A stretch of 62,287 nucleotides of DNA, counting the filler, from Chiloscyllium plagiosum (Eukaryota): the NCBI RefSeq assembly GCF_004010195.1. It is 3 parts of one record of this genome, joined end to end, with 100 filler letters (N's around TTAATTAATTAA, not from the genome) between each part and the next. Parts side by side here need not be neighbours in the genome. Positions count along the whole stretch, not along the records: positions 48,684 to 62,287 come from NC_057716.1; 2 more parts are not named here. One strand, 5' to 3'. Below the pieces are notes generated by a model. The model saw only the letters and a program-made list of their open reading frames with translations, searched no databases and had not been told where the DNA came from. The translations under genes and the position numbers were made by a program. Below, piece by piece: positions 48,684 through 62,052 of the stretch. Position 1 is the stretch's first letter. Every line of letters begins with the position of its first letter.

Positions 48684-50507
48684 AGCTGCCTGACCTGCTG
48701 TGCTTTTCCAGCACCACAGTCTCAACTGATAGAATTATCAGGTGTTTTTGTGTGTTGGTCCAAGCAGTGCAGCGTAGGTTCACGAGGTCAATTCCTGGAT
48801 TACGCTGAAAGACTGGACTGACTGGACTTGTGTACCCTTGAGTTTAGAAGACTGAGAGGGGATCTGATTGAGACATGTAAGATTATTAAAGGATTGGACA
48901 CTCTGGAGGCAGGAAACATGTTTCCGCTGATGGGTGAGTGCCGAACCAGAGGACACAGCTTAAAAATACGGGGTAGACCATTTAGGACAAAGATGAGGAG
49001 AAACTTCTTCACCCAGAGAATGGTGGCTGTGTGGAATGCTCTGCCCCAGAGGACAGTGGAGGCCCAGTCTCAGGATTCATTTGAGAAAGAGTTGGATAGA
49101 TCTCTCAAGGATAGTGTAATCAACGGTTATGGAGATAAGGCAGGAACAGGATACTGACTAAGGATGATCAGCCATGATCATATTGAATGGTGGTGCAGGC
49201 TTGAAGAGCAGAATAGCCTGCTCCTGCACCTATTGTCTATTGTCAAACCGCTATATCTCCCACAATCCCATTCCTCCACATTTTGTACAATAGCCTACTG
49301 TGGGGAACCTTATCGAACACATTGTTGAAATCCATATACACCACATCAACCGGTTTACTCTCATCCACCTGTTTGGTCACCTTCTCAAAGAACTCAATAA
49401 GGTTTGTGAGGCACGATCTACCCTTCACAAAACCGTGCTGACTATCCCGAATAAAATTATTTTTTTCTAGATGATTATAAATCCTATCTCTTATAAACTT
49501 TTCCAACACTTTACCAACAACCAATAAGGCTCACTGGTCTATAATTACTAGGGTTGTCTCTGCTCCCCTTCTTGAACAGGGGAACCACATTTGCTATCCT
49601 CCAGTCTTCTGGCACTATTCCTGTAGACAATGAAGATTTAAAGATCAATGTCAAAGGCTCGGCAATCTCTTCCCTGGTTTCCCAGAGGATCCTAGGATAA
49701 ATCGTAGGGGAGTAGGGATAACCCTAGTAACTATAGGCCGGTGAGTCTCACTTCTGTTGTGGGCAAAGTCTTAGAGAGAATTGTAAGGGAAAGGATTTAT
49801 GAAGATCTGGATAGGAATAATGTGATCAAGGATAGTCAGCATGGTTTTGTGAAGGGCAGGTCGTGCCTCACAAACCTTATTGAATTCTTTGAGAAGGTGA
49901 CTAAGGAGGTGAACGAGGGGAAAGCGGTAGATGTGGTGTATACGGATTTTAGTAAGGCGTTTGATAAGGTTCCCCATGGTAGACCACTGCAAAAAATACG
50001 GAGGTATGGCATTGAGGGTGAGTTGGAGATTTGGATTAGGAATTGGCTGGCTGGAAGAAGACAGAGGGTAGTAGTTGATGGCAAAGGTTCATCTTGGAGT
50101 GCCATCACTAGCGGTGTTCCGCAAGGATCTGTTTTGGGACCATTGCTGTTTGTCATTTTTATAAATGACCTGGAAGAGGGGTTAGAAGGTTGGGTGAGCA
50201 AGTTTGCGGATGACACGAAAGTCGGAGGAGTTGTTGACAGTGAGGAAGCATGTAGCAGGTTACAGCAGGATATAGAGAAGCTGCAGAGCTGGGCAGAAAG
50301 GTGGCAAATGGAATTCAATGTAGCTAAGTGTGAGGTGATTCACTTTGGGAAGAATAACAAAAAGATGGGGTACTGGGCTAATGGTCGGATACTTGGTAGT
50401 GTGGATGAGCAGAGGGATCTTGGTGTCCATGTACACAGATCTCTGAAAGTTGCCACCCAGGTAAATAGTGCGGTGAGGAAGGCATATGGCGAACTGGCTT
50501 TTATTGG

Positions 50508-51052
50508 NNNNNNNNNNNNNNNNNNNNNNNNNNNNNNNNNNNNNNNNNNNNNNNNNNNNNNNNNNNNNNNNNNNNNNNNNNNNNNNNNNNNNNNNNNNNN
50601 NNNNNNNNNNNNNNNNNNNNNNNNNNNNNNNNNNNNNNNNNNNNNNNNNNNNNNNNNNNNNNNNNNNNNNNNNNNNNNNNNNNNNNNNNNNNNNNNNNNN
50701 NNNNNNNNNNNNNNNNNNNNNNNNNNNNNNNNNNNNNNNNNNNNNNNNNNNNNNNNNNNNNNNNNNNNNNNNNNNNNNNNNNNNNNNNNNNNNNNNNNNN
50801 NNNNNNNNNNNNNNNNNNNNNNNNNNNNNNNNNNNNNNNNNNNNNNNNNNNNNNNNNNNNNNNNNNNNNNNNNNNNNNNNNNNNNNNNNNNNNNNNNNNN
50901 NNNNNNNNNNNNNNNNNNNNNNNNNNNNNNNNNNNNNNNNNNNNNNNNNNNNNNNNNNNNNNNNNNNNNNNNNNNNNNNNNNNNNNNNNNNNNNNNNNNN
51001 NNNNNNNNNNNNNNNNNNNNNNNNNNNNNNNNNNNNNNNNNNNNNNNNNNNN
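50508..51052. other. Assembly gap
   Basis: Run of N. Confidence 0.99.
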
Positions 51053-51799
51053 GTAACCCTCAAGCACCCTAACTGAGCCTTCACATCTCATCCTCACATA
51101 AGCCTTCTTCTTCCTCTTGACCAGAGATTCCACTTCCTTTGTAAACCATGGCTCCCGCACTCTACAGCTTCCTCCCTGCCTGACAGGTACATACTTAGCT
51201 TGGACACACAGGAGCTTTTCCTTGAATAAGCTCTACATTTCTAATGTGCCCATCCCCTGCAGTTTCCTTCCCCATCCTATGCTTCCTAAATCTTGCCTAA
51301 TCGCATCGTAATTGCCTTTCCCCAGCTGTAACTCTTGCCCAGTGGTATACACCTATCCCTTTCTATCACTAAAGTAAACATAACAGAATTGTGATCGCTA
51401 TCACCAAAATGCTCACCTACTTCCAAGTCTAACACCTGGCCGGGCTCATTACCCAGTACCAAATCTAATGTGGCTTTGCCCCTTGTTGGCCTGTCTACAT
51501 TCTGTGCCAGGAAGCCCTCCTGCACACACTGGACAAAGACTGACCCATCTGTAATACTCGTACTGTAGTGTTCCCAGTCAATATTTGGAAAGTTGAAGTC
51601 CCCCATGACAACTACCCTGTCTTTCTCACTCCTATCGAGAATTATCTTTGCTATTCTTTCCTCTACATCTCTGGAACTATTCGGAGGCCTATAGAAAACT
51701 CCCAACAGGGTGACCTCTCCTTTCCTGTTTCTAACCTCAGCCCATACTACCTCAGTTGACGAGTCCCCATACATCCTTTCTGCAACTGCAATACTGCCC

Positions 51800-53060
51800 T
51801 TCATCTGTCTCTCACTGACCTGGACAAGAAGGACACCTATGTTAGATTACTGTTCATTTACTTCGGTTCTGCATTTAACACTATCATTTCTCATCGTCTG
51901 ATTGGAAAGCTGAATCTGCTGGGCTTGAATACCTCTCTTTGTAACTGGATCCTGGACTTCTTGACTGGGAGACCTCAGTCAGTCTAGATTGAGAACAGCA
52001 TCTCCAACACCATCTCACTGAGCACGAGGGCCCCTGCTATTCACCCTGCGACTGTGCAGCGATGCACAGCTGGAAAGATATTATTAAGTTCGTTGAAGAC
52101 ACGATAGTATTGGGTCTCATTAGCGGAACAATGAGTCAGCATACAGGGAGGAGGCGCAGCAGCTAACATACTGGTGCAGAGCCAACGATCTGTCTCTGAA
52201 TGTGGACAAAATGAAAGAAATGGTTGTTGACCTCAGGAGGGCATGGAGCGAGCACCCTCCGCTAGACATTGATGGCTCCCCCGTGGATATCATGAAGAGC
52301 ACAGAATTTCTTGACGTCCACATGGCGGAGAATCTCACCTGGTTCCATAGCCAAAAAAGCCAGCAGCATCTCTACTTTCTGTGTAGCTTGAGAAAAGCCC
52401 ATTTCCCATCCCCCATCCTCACCACATTCGACACAAGGTTCATTGAGAGTACCCTGAACTGATGCATCACTGCCTGGTTTGGGAATTGCATCATCTCACT
52501 TTAGATTAGATTAGATTAGATTAGATTAGATTAGATTAGATTAGATTAGATTACAGTGTGGAAACAGGCCCTTCGGCCCAACAAGTCCACACCGACCCGC
52601 CGAAGCGAACCCACCCATACCCCTACCCCTACATTTACCCCTTACCTAACACTACGGGCAATTTAGCATGGCCAATTCACCTGGCCCTGCACATCTTTGG
52701 ACTGTGGGAGGAAACCGGAGCACCCGGAGGAAACCCACGCAGACACGGGGAGAACATGCAAACTCCACACAGTCAGTCGCCTGAGGCGACAATCTCAGAT
52801 TGTAAAACACTACAACAGATAGTGACGACAGCTGAGAAGAATATCGGGGTCTCTCTCTCTCTTCCCTTCATTACAGACATTACATCACACACTGCATCTG
52901 CAAGGCTAATAGCATTGTGAACGAGCCCACACACGCTTCATCTAAATTCTTCTCCCTCCTGCCATCTGGCAGAAGATACCAGAGCATTCAGTCTCTCACG
53001 GCCAGACTGTGCAACAGTTTCTTCCCCCAAGCCATCAAGCTCCTTAACACTGTATGATCA
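51800..53060 (+). mobile_element. Rex1/Babar-type LINE fragment interrupted by a minus-strand HE1 SINE (about 52500-52790) with (TTAGA)n tail
   Basis: [37 protein letters not shown] and SQQHLYFL motifs. Confidence 0.78.
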
Positions 53061-53089
53061 CACCCTATTGCAAGACAAAAGATGTAAAA

Positions 53090-54475
53090 TTATCGGCCGA
53101 TTAGCCTAACCTCGGTTTTACGTAAAATTCTAGAATCCATCATTAAGAATGAGGTTTCTAAATTCTTGGAAGTGCAGGATCAAATTAGAAAAGTTAGTAT
53201 GGATTTAGTAAGGGGAGGCTGTGCCTGACAAACCTGTTAGAATTCTTTGAAGAGGTAACAAGTAGGTTAGACCAGGGAAACCCAGTGGATATTATCTACC
53301 TAGACTTCCAAAAGGCCTTTGATAAGGTGCCTCACAGGAGGCTGCCGAGTAAGGTGATAGCCCATGGTGTTCAAGGTGAGGTACTGGCATGGATTGAGGA
53401 TTGGCTGTCTGACAGAAGACAGAGAGTTCGGATAAAAGGTTCTTTTTTGGAATAGCAGCCAGTGACAAATGGTGTCCCGCAGGGTTCAATATTGGGGCCA
53501 CAGCTATTCACTGTACATATAAATGATCTGGTTGAAGGGACTGGGGGCATTCCGGCAAAGTTTGTTGATGAGACGAAGTTAGGTGGACAGGCAGGTGATA
53601 CTGAGGAGGTGGGGAGGATGCAGAAAGATTTAGACAGTTTAGGAGAGTGGTCCAGGAAATGGCTGATGAAATTCAATGTGAGCAAATGCAGCATCTTGCA
53701 CTTTGGAAAAACTAACACAGGCGTGGACGTCTTTATAAATAGTGAGAAAATTCATAAAGCCAAAATACAAAGGAATCTGGGAGTGCTAGCACAGGATTCT
53801 ATAAAGGTTGACATGCAGGTTGAGTCGGTGGTTAAGAAAGTAAATGTAATGTTGTCATTTATTTCAAGAGAGTTAGAATATAAAAGCAGTGAGGTGCTAC
53901 TAAGACTTTATAAAGTTCTGATTAGGCCCCATTCAGAATACTGTGTCCAGTTTTGGGTCCCACACCTCAGAAAGGCACTGGAGCGTGTCCAGCAGAGATT
54001 CACACAGAGTTTCCCTGGACTGGTAGGCCTTACATACGATGAATGGCTGAGGATCCTGGGATTGTATTCATTAGAGTTTAGAAGGTTGGGGGAGATCTAA
54101 TAGAAACTTACAAGATAATGCATGGCTTAGAAAGGGCGGACACTGGGAAATTGTTTCCTTCAGGCGGGGATACTAGGACTTGTGGGCACAGCCTTAGAAT
54201 TAGAGGGGGTCAATTTAGAACAGAAATGAGAAGACATTTCCTCAGCCAGATAGTGATGGGCCTGTGGAATTCATTGCCACGGAGCACAGTGGAGGTCGGG
54301 ATGTTAAATGTCTTCGAGGCACAGATTGATAAATTCTTCATCTTGCAAGGAATTAAGGGATACGGGGAGACTGTGTATAAATGGCATTGAAATGCCCATC
54401 AGCCATGATTGAATGGCAGAATGGACTCGATGGGCCAAATGGCCTTACTTCCACTCCTGTGTCTTATTGTCTTAT
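53090..54475 (+). mobile_element. CR1 LINE RT/3' region
   Basis: GVPQGSILGP, KFVDETK, EYCVQFW; (tcttat)n-type tail. Confidence 0.9.
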
Positions 54476-55173
54476 TCCATTTGCAATTTTCAGATGACTT
54501 TTTGAATTGCTGCTAAAACAATAGTTTATTAATAATCATTCATTGTTACATTGTAATTTGTCCACCACTGTGCCTGTTGTCTTGTCTTGTTAGGAATTAC
54601 TGTGCTGTCTTGCATGTTTTGTACTTTTCTATGTACTTTATGTTGCCCTGTGTATGACTACTCTCTTGTAGTCTGTTTGTTCCCATAGCACCTTGGTCCT
54701 AGAGGAATGCTGCCTCATTTTTATTGTACCAGTTGTATATGTTAGAAACGATAAATAAAGTTACTCTACTCTACTCTACATCCGAGACTCCTACCACTCT
54801 CTGTGTAAAAAAACCTGCCCCACACATCTCCTTTGAACTTTCCCCCTCTCACCCTAAATGCATGCACCTGAGTATTAAGCATTTCAACACTGGGAAAAAA
54901 TATTCTAACTATCAATCCTATCTATGCATCTCATAATTTTATAGATTTCTATCAATTCTCCCCTCAGCCTCTGCTACTCCAAAGAAAACAATCTGAGTAT
55001 TTCTAGCCTCTCTTTATAGCTCATACTCTCTAATCCAAGCAGTATCCTGGTAAACCTCTTCTGCACCCTCTTCAATGCCTCCACATCCTTCCTGTAATGT
55101 GGCAATCAGAAATGAATACAATACACTAAATGTGGCCTAACCAAAGTCTTACAAACTAGACTATTCCCTACTA

Positions 55174-55340
55174 CAGGAGAATCGACTTTTCGGGCATAAG
55201 CATTCTTCAGGAATCCTGAAGAAGGGCTTATGCCTGAAACGTCGATTTTCCTGCTCCTTGGATGCTGTCTGACCTGCTGCGCTTTTCCAGCAACACATTT
55301 TTCAGCTCTGATCTCCAGCATCTGAAGTCCTCACTTTCTT
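55174..55340. mobile_element. Asymmetric fold-back Penelope-derived mini-element
   Basis: Short left arm, full right arm. TSD ctattccctacta at 55161-55173 and 55341-55353. Confidence 0.82.
55216..55243 (+). ncRNA. Minimal type I hammerhead ribozyme motif
   Basis: gaatc-CTGAAGA-A-GGGC ttat GCCT-GAAA-CGTC-gattt; stem I gaatc/gattt. Confidence 0.7.
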
Positions 55341-56670
55341 CTATTCCCTACTATCACTATATTGCTTTTTGCTTATCTACTTGAACGGCTTCCTTTACCA
55401 TGGATGCTGTGGCCACATAGCTCATACCGCTCTCCAAACAAGCTGAAAGAACCTCAAAATTGGTGGACAATTGTAAGGGCTAAGACTCCTGCACTCCTGT
55501 CCTCTAGGCCCCCTTCACTGTCTCACTTTAAATTGCATTCTCTTGTTCCTGACACTGACCAAATTTGAACATTCTATCCTAAGAGGTGTCATCACCTCCT
55601 GAAACAAAGGTAACTTACCCCTCCCTGATGTTTCACAATGTATGCTTCTCAGCCTCCAGAACAATAAAGTTTCTGCATTCATCCAAACATGGACAAAAGA
55701 GCTGAACTCGAGGTGAGGCGAGAGCAACTGCTGTTGACGTCAAGGAGTCCTAGCAAACTGGAGTCAGTGGGAATGAGACGGAAGATTGTCAGCTGAATAG
55801 AGTCATACTGAGTAAAGAGAGAGATTGTTCCTAATTCCAGGATATTGCTGTAGGAAGTTTTCATGGCACTTCATAGATCACTTCTTTAATCAATTAATTA
55901 TGTCAAAAGATCTGAAATGTTTGCTGATGGTTACACTGTGCACAGTTTCATTCACAACAGCTCAGATATTGAAGCAGTCCATGTACATATGCAACAAGGC
56001 CTAACAAAATTCAGGTTTGGAAAGATAAGTGCTATTATCATTCTCCCCACTGGATTACTAGACAATGACCATTTCCAACTAAAGCAAATCTAAACACCTC
56101 CGTATGACATTCGATGAGATTATAACATCCAAGAAGCTTGACTTCAAGAACATGTAGCATGCTTATTCACTTCCACAATCATCTTAAGCATTCATTTCCT
56201 TGTTAACAACACACAGTGGCGGCTGTGTATAACATCTGTGAGATGAACTGCAGCAGTTCACTTAGATTTATTTGATAAATAAATAAATCTCCATTACCTC
56301 AGACAACAATTGTAACTAATGCATAGAAACATTACTTCTAAGTCACACATCAGCTGGTATTACGATGCTGTTGTTGTTCTTGTTACTGGATGTAAATCCT
56401 GAAATAATTACCCCTAACTACACTCCACCACCCCATTGGAGCATCATTAACACAGAGACTTTGGGGTTCAAAAATAAGGTTCACTGCTTCCTTCTCAAGG
56501 GTAACTAGGGATGAGTAATAATTGCTAGCCTAGCTAGTGATACAACATCCTGAGAATTAATTAAAAGCCTTTCAGAGATATGTCTCTCTGTCACATTAAT
56601 GATTATGTTATTATTATGTCCTGTGCTGCTGTCATGTTAGTCACACTTTCATTTTCTTATTGTTGTTTAG

Positions 56671-56826
56671 GGGGATTTGCTGAGTCCATGTCGCTGTGCT
56701 GGATCTGTTCGTTGTACACACCAACCCTGCCTGATAAAGTGGATCAGTGAGCGAGGATCCTGGAGTTGTGAGCTGTGTTACTACAAATACCATGTCATTG
56801 CCATTAGTGCCAAGAACCCCCTTCAG
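56671..56826 (+). CDS. MARCHF4: E3 ubiquitin ligase MARCHF4-like, RING-CH exon
   Basis: ttgttgtttag|GGG...CTTCAG|gtgcca, 156 nt, phase 0/0. [52 protein letters not shown] is the MARCHF4/9/11 RING-CH segment. CLIKW and [10 protein letters not shown] favour MARCHF4 over MARCHF9/11. Confidence 0.88.
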
Positions 56827-57292
56827 GTGCCATCTTTTGTTTTTACTTCTGCTTTACTCTGTTTAATTTTGTGTTTTTCTAATGCTTGTGCACGTGCAAT
56901 TTCTGACATGGCTCATTGGACAGTGCTTGAGAATTGGAATGCCTACTGACTTCTTCCTCCTTACTTAGGGATTCTGAGAGATTCTGTCTAATCAGCTGAC
57001 ATCAATTGGGCAAGAAAATGGTGAGCTTAGGGTTCAAACCAAGAATAATGCAGAGACAGATGTGAACCTATGCAGCTATTCATGTCTGTCAAAATATGAT
57101 AGGCTGCTTCATCTGCAAACAGTATCATATTGCAGGGAATTGTAATGGCCAATGTATGCAGAACAAGATCTCAGAAATAGTAAATTAATGAAAATAATGT
57201 CAGGGGAGGAAGGATTTTTGTACTAGGATTGGCACCTTACTGATTTACCTCATTGTAAAAGGCTGAATGCTCCTTTAACAATGAATCATGTG

Positions 57293-57583
57293 TACTAAAT
57301 AAAAATCGAAAGAATTGCAGGTGCTGTAAATCAGAAACAAAACAGAAGTAGCTCAGGAAAAGCTCAGCAGCTCTGGCGGCATCCATGAAGAGAAATCAAA
57401 GTTAATGTTTTGAGTCTGGTGACTATTCCTCAGAACCCAGAGTTCTGAGGGAGGGTAATTGGACCAGAAACGCCAGCTTTGATTTCTCTTCATAGATGCT
57501 GCCAGACCTGCTGAGCTTTTCCAGCTACTTCAGTTTTGTTTCTGATTTACAGCATCTGCAATTCTTTCGGTTTTTATTTAGTA
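57293..57583. mobile_element. Older fold-back Penelope-derived element (second subfamily)
   Basis: About 145-bp inverted arms (tactaaataaaaatcgaaagaattgcag / ctgcaattctttcggtttttatttagta) centred at about 57438, with decayed CTGAGG(A)..GAAAC cores. A related single arm lies at about 20580-20720. Confidence 0.75.
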
Positions 57584-57699
57584 TTTAACTCATTTCCACA
57601 TCTCTTCTAGGCATGCCTACCTTGAAGAAGTTCTGCTCCTGTTCCCAATGGGATTTCCGTCCCAGTCTTTTTTTTTGTCCAGTTCTGAATTCATGTAAA

Positions 57700-58385
57700 C
57701 ACAAAAAATGCAAAACCCGCTGGTACACCATCCCCCTCACTCCCATCCAGGGCCCCAAACAGTCTTTCTAGATGAGACAGAGGTTCACCTGCATTGCTCC
57801 CAACCTAGCTTACTTCATCGGGTGCTTCCGATATGGTCTTCTCCACATCAGGGAGACCAAACCTAAACTTAGAGAATGGTTCGCCATGCATCTCAGCCAG
57901 GCTCACAGGGGCTGACTGGACCTCCCAGTCACTGCCCATTTTAATTCCCCTTCCCACTTCCTTTCCAACATGACCTTCCTTGGCCTCCTCCATTGCCAGA
58001 AAGAACCAAACTGCAAATTGGAGGAACAGCACCTTATTTTCTGCCTGGGCAATCTACAGCCCAGAGGACTCAATATTGAGTTCTCTAATTTCAAATAACC
58101 TCCCTTCCCAGCCCCCTCCCTCCCTTTCACTCCTCCCAGCCACCTACCAGATTCATTCCTCTTATTGACCAACCAAGTCATTCTCTCTACCTGTCTTTAC
58201 TTATCCCCACTTCATCAGCCTGCCCCTGACACTCCTCCAGGTCCCCCTGCACCCACCCCCAGTCCTGAAGAAGGGTTACACCTGAAACGTTGACTTCTCC
58301 ACCTCCTGATGCTGTCTGGCTTGCTGTGTTCTTCCAGCCTCCTGCCTGTCTATTTTGGATTCCAGCATCTGCAGTTTTTTTTTGT
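57700..58385 (+). mobile_element. Penelope-like element 3' end (GIY-YIG remnant plus terminal repeat)
   Basis: IQGPKQSF..RFTC..NLAYFIGC..GLLHIRETK...HFNSPSH...LEEQHLIFCLGNLQPRGLNIEFSNFK-stop, then a C-rich UTR and a hammerhead at 58265. Confidence 0.82.
58265..58291 (+). ncRNA. Minimal type I hammerhead ribozyme motif in PLE terminal repeat
   Basis: agtc-CTGAAGA-A-GGGT tac ACCT-GAAA-CGTT-gact; perfect stem I agtc/gact; lies downstream of a GIY-YIG remnant. Confidence 0.72.
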
Positions 58386-59210
58386 CTCTCACAAAAATTA
58401 GCTTTTGTCAGTGAGGACATTGACTCAGCTAGTTCACAGAATCACAGAATTGTTAAAGCACAGAAAGGGACAATTCAGTCACTCATGTCTGTGCTAACTC
58501 TCTACATGAGCATCTCACTCATTATCATTCTCCTGCTTTCTCCCTACAGCCTTGCACATTGTTCCTTTTCAGGTAGCAATCTAATTCCCTTTTGAAAGCC
58601 TCGATTGAACCTGACCCCATCACAGTGTCAGACAGTGTTTTCCAGACCACACCACTCACTGCATGAAAATGTTTCTCCTCATTTTGCCATTGTTTCTTTT
58701 GCCCATCAAGGTGAATCTGTGTCCTATAACTCTTGATTCTTCCACCAGTAAGAGTAGTTTCTCCCTAATTACTTTGTCCAGATACCATATTTTAAATTCA
58801 TTCCTGATGAAGGGCTTTTAAAAATGTTGATTCTCCTGCTCCTCGGATGCTGCCTGACCTGCTGTGCTTTTCCAGCACCACACTCTTGACTCCAATCTCC
58901 AGCATCTGCAGATCTCATAGAACGTAGAACATAGAACGTTACAGCGCAGTACAGGCCCTTTGGCCCTCGGTGTTGCACTGGCCTGTGAATATAATCTAAT
59001 GCTCATCTAATCTACACTGTTCCATTATTATCCATATGTATATCCAATGCCCATTTAAATGCCTTTAACGACAGCGAGTCTACTACTGTTGCAGTCAGGT
59101 CGTTCCACACCCCTAGTACTCTCTGAGTTTGAAATACTGAGTTATCTGAGCTATTTGACAGCTACCTACCATCTCAAAAACATCCAGCTTATTGGGCTAA
59201 TTTTCATAAA

Positions 59211-59942
59211 TGTTTGTCATTTTTATAAATGACCTGGAGGAGGGGTTAGAAGGTTGGGTGAGCAAGTTTGCGGATGATATGAAAGCCGGAGGAGTTGTAG
59301 ACAGTGAGGAAGGATGTGGCAGGTTACAGCGGGATATAGATAAGCTGCAGAACTGGGCAGAAAGGTGGCAAATGGAGTTCAATGTAGCTAAGTGTGAGGT
59401 GATTCACTTTGGTAAGAGTAACGAAAAGATGGGGTACTGGGCTAATGGTCGGATACTTGGTCGTGTGGGTGAGCAGAGGGATCTTGGTGTCCATGTACAC
59501 AGATCTCTGAAATTTGCCACCCAGGTAAATAGTGCGGTGAAGAAGGCATATGGCGTACTGGCTTTTATTGGTAGAAGGTTTAGAGGTGACTTGATAGAGG
59601 TGTACAAGATGATTAGGGGTTTAGATAGGGTCGACAGTGAGAATCTTTTTCCACGTATGGAGTCAGCTATTACAAGGGGGCATAGCTTTAAATTAAGGGG
59701 GGGTAGGTATAGGACAGATGTTAGGGGTAGGTTCTTTACTCAGCGAGTCGTGAGCTCATGGAATGCCCTGCCAGTAGCAGTGGTGGACTCTCCCTCATTA
59801 TGGGCATTTAAGCGGGCATTGGATAGGCATATGGAGGACAGTGGGCTAGTGTAGGTTAGGTGGGCTTGGATCGACGCAACATCGAGGGCCGAAGGGCCTG
59901 TACTGCGCTGTATTCTTCTATGTTCTATGTTCTATGTTCTAT
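59211..59942 (+). mobile_element. Young CR1 3' region with internal in-frame deletion
   Basis: ORF 59210-59854 jumps from AFIGR to RFRGDL, lacking the EYCVQFWSP segment; (ttctatg)n tail. Confidence 0.9.
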
Positions 59943-62052
59943 AAATGAAAAGAAATTAGAACAAAAATTGTTCACCAGCTTAAGAAAGCCAACACCAACA
60001 CTGCAACAGTTCAGAGTTTGACAGTCACTGGCTAAATCACAATTTAGGATTAGAAAATTAGTTTACAATGATAGCCAACACTCAGGACAGCAGTGAATGC
60101 TGTCCAACTTTAGCTGAACATGGACATGGACTGCTTCAATACCAGAGCAGTCATGACTGATTCCGAACATTTTGCAGTCATCCATGAACATTACCACCTC
60201 TGATGGAGGGATAGTTATTGATAAAGCAGTTGAAGATGATTTGGCATAGGACACTACTCTGAGGAACTCTTGTGGAGATGTCCTGGAGTTGAGATGACTA
60301 ACGTTCATTTTCCTTTGTGCCAGCCAGCTGAGAGATTTTCCCTATTAGCTATTGACTTTAGTTCTGCTAGGGCTCCTTGAAACCAAGGTTAAATGCGTCT
60401 TCAATGTCAAAGGGAGTTACTTTACCTTACCTTCGGAATTCAGATCTTTTATCCTTGTTTGAGAAAAGGTTGTAACAAGGTCAAGAGCTCAATATATTTG
60501 GGGGCTGTGTCTCCCCAAGCCTTTGAAGTTAGAGATGTGTGTATAAGGAGTGTGACTTCCCTTCTTGGTTGTTCAGAGAGGACTTTCCCAGAAATGTTCC
60601 CCATAAATTGACTGAGACTTTTTATCTCTTTGTTTTTGCATAATGGTCATTTCAGAACTCACTGGCCCAACTGGTTCAATTGATCAATCAATCTTCTGAT
60701 TTCCCATGCCCTTTGGTTTTGTATGTTTACTGGTGGAACTTTATTTTGTTGATTGGGGTTATTGTGACTTTCACGGTGTTGTAAATAGTGATAACAATTT
60801 ACTCCCTCTCCATTTTCATTTTCATTGAACTCATAGAAAGTCCATAGTTTTATCATCCAATTTTTTTACAAAATTTAATTTGCCATCTTTGACCCTTGCT
60901 GAAGCTTTCTCTTGTCACCAGTTCATTTCTAACCCTTACACACTCCACATTAAATCATCGATGTTTCCTCAATGCACTTCTTCCCCCCACGCCCAACCCC
61001 TAAAAGCTTTCTATTGCCAAAGCCTCAATCACAGACAAATGCAACTTATTCTTCCATTAACGCTATCCCTTCTCCTTTGAACCCAGTCCCTTGCCTGAAA
61101 AACAAAATTGGCCAAATTGCTTAAATATACATGTTCAAACTTTGACCTGAGTGGCACAACTATATCTTTGGAATTCCAGGATGGAACTGTACCTGTCTCC
61201 AACATATCAAATTTTCCTCCCTCAAAGTCCATTGCGTTTTCCAGGAACATCCTGCAGGGCTTAGTTATTTTCTCTGTAGACACCTGGTTCTTTCTCCATG
61301 GAAACCTCACCTCCAACCGAAATTGGGAGGAGCACAGATTTCATAATGTCTAAAATGTAGGGCAACTATTCAGCCATCTCGCTGACCTGTATTATTTTCA
61401 TTCTCACAAACTCAAACCTCTCCTTTCCCCTAGAATCTAGCCCCACTAAAATCATTTCATCCACTAAAGTCCCGTTGATTCCATGTTTACTAAATTCTTG
61501 ACTGCTCAGCTTCATTCCCTGGTCTCCGCTTAAGCAGATGGTAATGGGTCCCCTTCCTCAGGTATAATCCCCTCCCTTGAAATTAAGCATTAATAATCCT
61601 CCTTAAAAAAACCTACCTTTTAAAAATTCATTCATAGGATGTGATCATTGTTTGCAAAGCCAGTAATTATTGCCTGTCTCCATACTACACTTAAACTGAG
61701 TGGCTTGCTAGGGCCATTTCAGATCGTTACCATATCGTCTCGTCAACAATCAGCAAAGTGGCAGAAGCGGCACTTACTCTTCCACATCTGCTGTGGAATG
61801 TATGGTTTCATGGACATTGTCCATTTCAGAGGACAGTAATGAGCCAACCATATTGCTGTGGCTCCAGAATCACATGTAGGCCAAACCAGGTAAAGATGGA
61901 AGATTTCCTTCCCTAAAGGACATCAGTTAATTAGATGGGTATTCACAACAATTGGCTTTGAACACATGGTTGCCAGGTTCTTTTATTCTTCAGCATCTAC
62001 CATGGGTTCTGGATTGCAAGATCAATGATATTACCACTGCATCACTGCCTTG

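Larger units (their letters stand above)
47930..51800. mobile_element. Cluster of CR1 fragments in mixed orientation around the gaps
   Basis: Minus: 47930-48550, 49245-49703, 51053-51800. Plus: 48770-49245, 49704-50507. All carry CR1 ORF2 motifs. Confidence 0.88.

Noticed and set aside
49245..50507. Back-to-back CR1 pieces as a twin-priming inversion
   Set aside because: The two pieces overlap the same RT region and differ in sequence (different subfamilies), so they are independent fragments or an assembly join.
50260..51160. Long ORFs spanning the N gap
   Set aside because: Their length comes from Ns.
46159..56826. RETREG exon 1 spliced to the MARCHF RING exon as a fusion gene
   Set aside because: Phases are incompatible (2 versus 0) and an artificial spacer separates them. 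The missing exons of both genes are better explained by fragmented assembly.
59565..59585. In-frame CR1 internal deletion as a functional short RT
   Set aside because: The copy is 5'-truncated with no promoter. The break lies at about the same point where the sister copy hits a gap (50507), suggesting collapse or simple deletion.
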